This document shows, piece after piece, positions 1 through 9,600 of a DNA stretch of 64,000 nt. The notes beneath the pieces were generated by a model. The model had not been told where the DNA came from. It did not search any database and saw only the letters and a program-made list of their open reading frames with translations. The translations under genes were made by a program, and so were the position numbers. The DNA comes from a virus (Duplodnaviria; Caudoviricetes): the IMG/VR virus record IMGVR_UViG_3300046615_000401, positions 14,998 through 78,997 of that record; one strand, given 5' to 3'. Each line of letters starts with the position of its first letter. Within the stretch, counting starts at the first letter, position 1.

Positions 1-592
1 CGCAGTACGGGCTTCGGACGCCAATGTGCAAGCACTCAAGGATGCCGAAGTCGAACGTAAAGACATCCGTGATGCCACCAAGCGCGCCAACGTGGTCCAG
101 AGTACCAAGCTGGCACTGAAGGAAGCCGGCAATCTGTACTCGGATGGCGTGTACAACGGCAGCCAGGCGCCTGATCTGATCAAAGAGATGGTCGCCTCGG
201 GTGTGGGTGACGACGCCAGTGAACGCCTGGCGATCTTGAAGCGCTTTGAAAAAGGCACGATGAAGATCAAGAGCCCCGATGGTAAAAGCGAAGTGGATGT
301 GCCTATCCCGCTGTCTGCCATGCGTGCTGCCATCCTGGGTTCCAAGGATCAAATCGTTAACTGGCGCAATCAAGGCTGGGCCAACGAAGCAGAAGCCAAC
401 TTGAAAAGTATTCTTCAATCAACCTACACCACGCAAGGGGCGAATGGTCAACAGGTTCTAGCCAACAAAGCAGCTGATGACTACTCGGCCTTCACTCAGA
501 CGCTGAAGAACGCGATCCAAGACCCGTTGATCAAGGGTGGTAATGGTAATCGGGGTACTGTACCACCGCCAACGATGCCAAAACGCCGATAA
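1..592 (+). CDS. C-terminal part of a virion structural protein upstream of vRNAP (N4 gp51-like position), 5'-truncated
   Basis: Frame is open from the window start to TAA at 590-592; same strand as and directly upstream of vRNAP, as in the N4 late operon. Confidence 0.7.
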   Translation, partial: AVRASDANVQALKDAEVERKDIRDATKRANVVQSTKLALKEAGNLYSDGVYNGSQAPDLIKEMVASGVGDDASERLAILKRFEKGTMKIKSPDGKSEVDVPIPLSAMRAAILGSKDQIVNWRNQGWANEAEANLKSILQSTYTTQGANGQQVLANKAADDYSAFTQTLKNAIQDPLIKGGNGNRGTVPPPTMPKRR

Positions 593-608
593 GCAGCTGT
601 TCTATGGC

Positions 609-646
609 AAAAAAGGTGGACTGGAGGAAACTTCGTCCACCTTTTT
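609..646. terminator. Intrinsic terminator-like hairpin, potentially bidirectional
   Basis: AAAAAAGGTGGAC...GTCCACCTTTTT stem with inner GGAG-GAAA-CTTC; followed by TATAAT at 650-655 upstream of the vRNAP start. Confidence 0.75.
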
Positions 647-683
647 CTATATAATCAAGACTTCCACTCCACCAGGATGCACC

Positions 684-3600
684 ATGGCCACTCTCGACCA
701 GATTCTTGACCAACACCTTGCTAAACAGAAGGAAGAAGCCGCTGGCGGCCTCAACCTGGACACCTACTTCGCTAACCGCTTCGGTGCCACAGCTGGTACG
801 GATAAAGTGGATGCTGTGCGGGCTGCAACCAAGGAAAAGGTGCAGAATCTGGAGTCCTTCCGGCAAGCACTGGCAATCAATCAGGAATCCAACCAGGCCG
901 CAGTAGAGGCCAACAAGCAAGCCTGGTCCACCCGTCTTGGCTTGGAAGCTGATGGTGTGGCCGGCACTGCAGTCAATCAAGCTGCCAGTCTGTACTCCGG
1001 TGGCTCACGTCTGCTGGGTAATGCAATTGCTCTGGCACCTAGTGCTACTGGTTTCGCCTATGAAGCTGTCATCCCCGAAGCAGAGAAGCAACTATACGGC
1101 CAGTACCAGATGTACAAGCGTACCAACACGGCCATCCCTCCGGAGATGGAAGCTGCCCTGAACCGCAAGGTATCCGGTGCCACTGAGGGTACCTCGCCGA
1201 CGGACGCTGCACGTTATCAAGCTGAAGCCGATGCCAATCCCGCCTCCCTGACCGTCAAGCAGGTCATGGAACGTACGGATTCCCTGCGTGGCATGGCCCG
1301 CAAGGTCAACGATTTCTTCGACAATTCCACTGCAGTGCAACAAGATCGGCGTGATGCCCTGTCCGCCGAGCTGGGCCAGGACTTCGCTGCTCGCTGGGGT
1401 AAAGTCACGCAAGGCTGGGACGAAGCCAAAAAGCACCAGTTCATGGCGGCCGGTGGCCACACGATCGAAGGAATCGCCGGTTTACTGCTGGGTGCCGGGG
1501 AAGCCGTGGTCAAGCATCCCATCGCCGCTACCGAGTACATCACTGAGAATGCTCCACAGATTGCGCTAGGCGCCTTGGGCCGGACCGGTATGGCCGCCAT
1601 GACATCCACCAATGTAGGCTATGCGGTAGATAACTACCAGCAAGGCATCGAGAACTACCAGAAAGCCCATCTAGGCCGTCTTCCAGCGGAGGATGTACGT
1701 CATACTATGGCCATTCAAGCGGCTTCATTGGCGGTGGCTGAGTATGTAGGTGAGTTGAACATCCTTCATGCTGGCAAGATGCTGGGTGGTGCTGAGAAAG
1801 CTACTGCTGAAGTAGCGGCTACCAGCGCAAAGCAATCCATCAAGAACACACTGGGTGCTGTTGCCCATGGTGGTATTGGTGAAGCAGCCACTGAGGGCTA
1901 TCAGACCTATATGGAGGGCCAAGTTACTGGCAAGCCAGCCAGTGCCGAGGACATCTACAAGGGTGCTGTCATCGGTGGTGTGGCGGGTGCCGGCCTGTCC
2001 GGAGGTCTGCATGGTATCCATGAAGCCTTGAAGGCAACGCCGGAACACGCTGCCCAACGTGCAGCCGAGGCTACCGACCATGCGACCTTCAACGCCGCGG
2101 CAGAAGCCAACGACCCGGCACCTTACCTGGATCCACAAAGTAAACAGTACGATCCCTCCGAAGCGGTAGGGGTATTGCTGAAACACGCCATGGGTGCGGA
2201 CGTGACGCCGGAAACCAAGCAGGCCAACCTGAAACAGGGGAGTGAGATCGTCGCCCAACTGGAAGAAGCACATGCCCAAGCACAGACGGTGGCAGCCACG
2301 CATACCCCGGAGGGTATCCAGGAAGCCAAGGACAATCTGGCTGCGGTACAGGAACAGCTGAAGACGGTCGATCCCACGGACAAAGCCAAGGTCACCCAGC
2401 TGAATTCACTGGTTTCGGATCTGACGGCCGAGGTAGCCGACCGCAGCGACAGCAAACAAGCCATGGCCGCTCGTACTGAGGCATCCAAACTGGAACGTCA
2501 GCTTAATACCGGTCGTGCTCGCCTTGAAGGGCTTACCACCATCGCTGAACCACAGGTTAAGCCAGCTGAAGTAGCTACTATGGTGGATGAAGCAGCCAAA
2601 CCAGAGGTAGCAGACCGGTTGATCAATCTGTCCATGACTCAACCGGATAGTATCACCGGTGAGCAGGCTACTAAGCTGGCAGAAGACAAGTCCAACACCT
2701 TCACCGATGAACAGCGTGCACACTTGCGCGCTTTCTCTGCTGCACGTATCGCTGAGAACCAGTTATCCACACAAAGCAAGGTATCTCAGGAAGTATTCTA
2801 CGGTTCGGCCAAGAATGTTGGCATGGCCCAGTACCGTGGCCGGATTGCTGCGGCAATTGCTGCCAATAACCAGAACACGGCGACGCGTCAGCTTGAACAG
2901 CTGCAGACCTTCGCCACCGACCACGCCAGCAAAGCTCAGGCTGCACGCCAAGCCATGCAGGGTGGCATGGGTAACCAGATCGTCAAGCTCACCAACGGCT
3001 CCGGCTGGACCGTGCTGCCCAAAGGGGAGAAGCTGGACAAGACCACCATGGATTCCAACGGCGCCCTGACCATGCAGTCCGGCCGGCTGGTGCAGGATAT
3101 CCAGAAGGAAGCCAAAGCCCTTGCCGCCACGGTGGCAGAGATGCAATCTGCTGTGAAGATTAAATTTGGCAACACGGTAAACCCTGTTGTACAATCCAAT
3201 CCTTCCGCAAAACAAACGACACTTCCCGGAAATATCAATAGCCCCAAGAATGAGGAGGAGTCCGCACGTCCAGAGCTTCGCCCTGAACCTCCTGCCGTCC
3301 GCACTCCTACTCTCTCCAGTAATAAGACGCAAACCAAGCAGACGTTTGAAGAACGTCAAGCTTTCAATGCCGCACAGGAAGAAATCGTGCGCAAAGCCAA
3401 CGCGGCTTACGCCGCCAAACAAGAAGCCAAGACAGCGAAGTCGGAAGCAGCGCAGCAACCAGCGGTGGTGAGCGCAGCGAACCCCGCGCCCGTTGCGGAG
3501 GCTGCGACGACTGAAGCGGGAGTAGAGAAGAAGGATAATATTTCTTCCCCTGCAGCCTCGCCAGCGTCGTCACCTGCCAGCCCTACGCTCGCTGACGCTC

Positions 3601-6600
3601 GCGGGGCTACGGTGCCTTCCTTGGCTTCGGCTGCGGCAACTGGTTTGAAGGTGTTTGAACAGGAACATGACAAGGCTGCCCCTTACACGGAACAGAACCT
3701 GATAGGTACCCAGTTCCAGCAGACTGCTGGCAGCGACACGGGTACGCTTCGTCCACTGGCTTCGGTGACGGATTTCCTGTCAGCCTTGAAAGCCAAGACC
3801 ACCAAGGTGTCGGACTTCGTCCAGCAAACCAGTGAACCGACTGCTGCACAACGTACCGTGCTGAAGGACTTCGCCCGTACTGCGGGTGACTGGTTTGCTA
3901 CCATCACCAGTAATCTGGTGCGTGGCAATAAGGGTTACGGCTATGAGGACATGATCCAGTTCCTGCTCAATGAGCAAGGGGATCTGGAGGAGAACACCAA
4001 GACAGCGATTGCTTATGCAGCCTACAGCTGGGTAGCAGAAGCGGCTTCCCGTCCATCGGAGAACAGCCCGGAAGAGATCAATCTGATTCTGGGTCGGGGT
4101 GAAGATGCCATTGTCAGCACCAAGGAAACCAACGCGCTGAAATATGTTGGTACCCGACAGAACGTGGTGGCCAACTCCCTGGGTCAACGGGTAGTCGCTG
4201 CGCTTGGCTTGAAGTCCTTGGCTTCCGCTCCGCGCAATCTACAGGCCGATCTGGAAGCATCGATCGGTGCCCACGCCATGAAGTTGCTGCTGGACCAAGG
4301 CATCCTGGTGCGTACCAGCATCAGTGGTAAGGAAATGGCGGAACTAACCGGTAAAGAATCCACTGACAGCAACGCCAAGTTCTACTTCCTCAAGCTGGCA
4401 CAAACGGACACCGGATTGCATCCGGCTGCCGAAGCCATCTACCAAGCCAGCAAGGGTACGCAGGGCATCCTCGACAAGCTGTTCGGGGTCGAACCAGCAT
4501 TGAAGGAACCGGGTACTGTACCGATCAAATCGACGCAGAAGACCACGCGCAATACCGACATGGCTATCCCCTCCGAGCTGGAAAAAATGGTGGCCAAGGA
4601 TGATGCCATCCCCAGCTTCGTGCGGGCTGACATGTACAACCTGGTGGGGCAGATCGATCCGGAGATCCTGCTGAAGATCGCCGGTAAGGAAGAAGTCACC
4701 GAAGACAGTGTGCACAAGGCTCGCCGCGCTTCGTTGCAAGCCAAGAACGATGGTCTACAACGGGAGTTGTCGCGCTTCATGGATTACGTCGGTCAGATGG
4801 GCCATGACGTGGCCATGTACTTCGAGCACTCTGTCTGGATGCAGCAGCGGGTGGGTATCGCCACCAACATGATCAATCCACAGACGTCGAAGATTCATCG
4901 GCACATGCTGTACCGGCAGAACTGGGAAACCAAGATCGCCATCAACGACGTCGATGTGATGACCAACTTCAAGCTGCGTGTCGCGGAAGGCTTGGGCGTC
5001 AAGACCGACAAGAAAAGCCAGGCCAAGGCACTCGCTGACCTTACTGGCTTACTGGCGAAGCCAGAGGTCAAAGGCGCCGTCAACGTGCTGGTCAAGTCCC
5101 TGGCCGGCACCAAGGATGGTACCTTGTCGGCCAATGAACAGCAGGTGCTGCTGGCTGGTGTCAAAGCCGGTGGCGAAGACATGCACTCGCTGGATGCGCT
5201 GATGGCACTGGCCCAGTTCACCCAAGCCAAGAAGGCAGGGGAGTCTCACTTCACCACGCAGATGATGGCCGAGGTGGATGGCGTCACCAACGGTCCGATG
5301 TTTACCAATCTGTTGCTGGGGGCGGCCAATACCGTGGGTGAGATGTACGCCTTGCTGAATCGGGGGGGTTTCTTCCAGCAAGGCAATCCGCACACCGAGT
5401 ACAACAACTGGCGGGATGCACCGGGCAACTTCGACCTGTATGAAAACACTGCCTTGCACATGACCCAGGCAGTCAATGCGGCTGGCTTCGATTCGGCCAC
5501 CATGGCTTCCTTGTACGCCTTCACCGGCGAGCTGGCAGACAAGAATGGGGCGGTGCAGAAAGCCGGCCGCAACATCATCAAGACGCCGTTGACGGCCATG
5601 GTGTTCGGCTCCTCGGTGAAGTCGGCGGTGGACAGTATGGCGGACAAGTTCATCGACAGCATCTACGCTGCCATCGAGGACAACGCCAAGGGAGCGAAAG
5701 GCGCCTTGAGCAGCACGGAGATCCTGGCCCATCTGGACATGCTGGGCGTGACTCTGCCAGCAGGAACCAACCTGATGGAGCATGAATTCAATGCTGCCCA
5801 GATCAAGACATTAAAAGGTATCTTCTCCGGTACATTGGGTAAGGCAGTCGAAGCCACCATGAAGCAGGACTTCGAGGTCTTCATCAGCCAGCGTACCCAG
5901 TTCAACCTGACGGCACAGACCACCTTCGCCGTGTACAACGCGGTGTACAGCAGCCTGCGCGAGAAGATGATCAACGATCTGATGGCGGAAGGCAAGCTGG
6001 CGGTCAACAAGACCACCGGCAAACCTATCCACGACCTGACCAATGCACAGGAAAAAGCCTTGCGCAAGCAGGTCGAAGCACTGGCACCGGTCATGCACTC
6101 GCCGATGTCCAAGGAATCTGGTGAGCTGAAAGCGGGTCTGCTGGTGGCCAAATCCGATCGAAAATTGTCCACCTCGCCGATCTACCAGAATACGGTGAAA
6201 TTTGGCCAGCCCTTCGCCGACAACGGCAGCAAGTCCACTGCTGTGCACGGCTACGAAGTCACGCCGACGGGTCCGGGTGTGGCCATGGTCCCGGTTAGCA
6301 TGCACTCGTCGGATAGTGCAGTATCGGCTCGTGCCAATCCAGACGGTAAAGCCCTCAACGTACACGATGCACAGGGTTCTGGTGTGGGTTCCATCCTGGC
6401 CACGGCGCAAGCCATGAACCAGGCTACCTGGGACACCATGCTGAATTATTCCCCTGCTGCGGAAGTGACAGCGGCTTTGCTGCGCACGGTACAAGGACTG
6501 GACGCCATGATACAGGCTGGCACTCTGCCGGACACGGCTCTGACCTTACTGGCTTCGTCCTTGGTGGACATGGCTGAAAAGCAGGGGATGTCGCCGGAGG

Positions 6601-9600
6601 GTGTGCTGCAAGTGCAAGCCATCCGCGCACAGGAGATGGCCTACAAGGCGGACAGCATGAAGCTGGATACCATGGCCACCATGCAGGCGATTAATCAATA
6701 TGCGATGGAAGGTGGTGCCTACGCTGTCACATCCGATAACCGGGCATCTGCGGCCTCGCTGCGCTCGGCACTGGCGCCCTCCTTATCGGCTGATGCCAGC
6801 GCGGCCCTGAACCGGGTCAGCGACAAGCTGGACGCTGCCATCAAAGCCGAGGTGGCCAAACGCGAAGGCAAGACTGTGGTGCCGGACACCGAGATGGATC
6901 CACAGGTGAAACCAGCCGGTAGTGTAGCCGAACTAGGTAAGTCGGCGATTGCCTCCGATCCCTTCCTGGTGGAGACGTTCAGCAAAACGCCTGTAATGGG
7001 CCTAGCAGAGGTCGCAGCCGCATTGCGTGTGTCGCTCAAGGGTGAGTTCAATCAACGCCTCCTGAGCGCTTTGGAGCGGGCTACGGGCTTTGACTTGACG
7101 GTGCGCTATGTCACGCCACAGACGGCACCGGCCGATCTGCTGGCCAAGGGGGATGACAAAGCCCGTGGCTGGTATGCCAGCAGCAATGGTGAGCAGGCGA
7201 TCTACGTGCTGTCACCAGAGTTCAAGTACTCCGGTTTGACCCCGGAACTGCTGCTGCATGAGCTGACCCATGCGGCCGTGGCCCGTACCATCGAGCAAGC
7301 CAAGATCGACGGCAAAGGGGATGCGTACGCACTGGTGAAGGAACTGGAAGAACTGCGTATGACGGCTGCCAAATATGTTGTGGCTAATCATTTACAAACC
7401 CAATTTAGTGCGGCAGTCGAGAACGTGCACGAACTGGTCAGCTGGGGGATGAGTAATCAGGAATTCCAGACCCAGGTGCTGGGTAAATTCCAGATGGCTT
7501 CGACTACCGGCAGCAATGCGCTGGTGTCGGGGATTAAGAGCTTCATTAACAAATTGGTGGGCTTGGTCTTTGGTAAGCAGAACGCTACCATGGCAACCGG
7601 GATGGGTGTGCTGATCTCTAATGTATCGGGGCTGTTCAATGCAGCAGCACAAACCAAAGACACGGCCAGCAAGGCTACGCTGGTGCTGAACCAGACCAAT
7701 ACGGGTGCAGCACAGAACAACCTGCGGGATCTGTCCACCATGGACATCCACAACGCCCTGGCACAGATGAACAGTGGCCAGGTAGTCAGCACCGGTTTCA
7801 GTGCCCACCTGCAGGATCTGCTGGGAGGGATTGTCACCAAGCTGCATGGTCCATTCGGTAGCTTCAAGGCTGCCATCATGGCGCAAACGGCCCAGACTCC
7901 GGAGCAGGTGTACCAGCATGCGCTGACTACCGGTGAAGCACCGTTCGCACTCGATGCTTTGGGGGCAGGTTTTGCCTTCACCCATCAGGAAGCCTTCGCT
8001 GCCGAGCAGGTCCAGGTCACGGTGCGCGAAGCAGTCAACGGCAAGGATGGCGTAACGTCGGTGGCCTATCGGGAACTGGCCAAGCTGTACGACGAAGTGC
8101 GCAGCAAGATCAAGGTGTCCGACTTCCATGGTGCGAATGTGTCGCCAGTGGAGATCGCTGAAGCCCAGGCGCTACATGACTTCATCTTCACGGTGAAGCT
8201 CGATGCCGACGGCAAGAGCGAATACCTGTCGCGCTTCGCTGCACTGGGCCTGGCCCATGAAGGCTTCAACACGGTGCTCGCTTCCATGGTGTCACGTAAT
8301 GCCAATGCCGCTTCGGCCATCAGCTTCAACGATCGGCTCAACAAGATCTTCGAGCAGATCCTGAACTGGTTCGCCGGCAAGATGACGCACACCAAAGAAG
8401 GCATGACGGCCGAAACCAAGCTGACCAAGCTGGTGGAACAGCTGGTGCAGATCGAAGTCAAGAAACGCATGGTGGTGCAGGCACGTATCCAGCTGTTGAC
8501 ACCAATCGAGGAAGCGGTGGATACGCTGGCCAAAGGTGCCCGTGCCAAGCTGGATGCTTTTGTCCGCCAGCCTTACTTCAAGCAGCATACGAATGGCTTT
8601 GTACGCGGTGGTACAGCCCTTCTGTCGGCCTATGCGAATGAGCGCACGGATGCGGTGTTGGAAGGTTTCATGCGCCTGCGCGATCAAACCATCGGAGGTC
8701 AGCTGGGGATTGCTGCCTCGCTCGTCAATGAGTTCCGCGGCTCCAATACCAGCAACCTGATCTTCCATTACCTGCTGCGCATCACCAAGCATATTGAAGG
8801 TACCCGCAAGGACATCATCACCGGTACTGGCAAGATCGTGCTGGGCTCCTTCGCCAATGAGGGGGATGACCTGAACGCGCAGCACAAGGATGCCATCAGT
8901 GCAGTGTTCCTGCGGACTGACATGAGCAGTCTGCTGACCCACTACAACATGGATGAGCTGGCTAAGCTGGTGGGGGATCCACAGGCAGTGCAGACGGAGA
9001 TCAATCGCTTTGAAGCCAACCTGACCAGCAAATTCCGTCGCTACTATGTGAATGCAGCCAAGACCCTAGCCTACTACAAAGCCACTGGCGAAGTGCGCAG
9101 TGCCCATCTGGTGATGAATGCCGGGAACATCGCTCGCTTGTACGGTACCGGCTACAAGACCCAGGTGAGTGAAGCCGAAGCCAAGCAGGCCGAGAAGATC
9201 ATTGATCCCTTGGTTTCCTTGTATGCGCTGCTTTACTCCCGTGAGGATCACCTGAGTAAAGCCCAGGAAGTATTGAAGGCGGAAGCTGCACGCACGGATG
9301 GTGGCAACGGTGTGGAGATGGTACTGAAGACCCATCAACGCCTGGTCGAACAGTCGCAGAAGCTGCTGTTCGATGATGCTGCACCACTGCACATGAAAGG
9401 CTACACCACCGAGATCTACGATCCCTTCATGGATGTGGTCACGGCCGGCGTGGATGAAGGTGCCGATCTGGTCCTGCAGGGTTACACCCAAGGTTCGGCA
9501 CTGAGCCATGATGTGGCCGATCCCCTGGCCGAGGAAAAGCACATCTACTACCTGCGCGATGGTGGCATGCAGCGTCGTGTCACGGGTACGCTAAGCTTCA

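Noticed and set aside
537-683. N-terminal extension of vRNAP in the ORF track
   Set aside because: Overlaps the previous gene and a terminator, contains Cys, and lacks an RBS; the Met at 684 fits better
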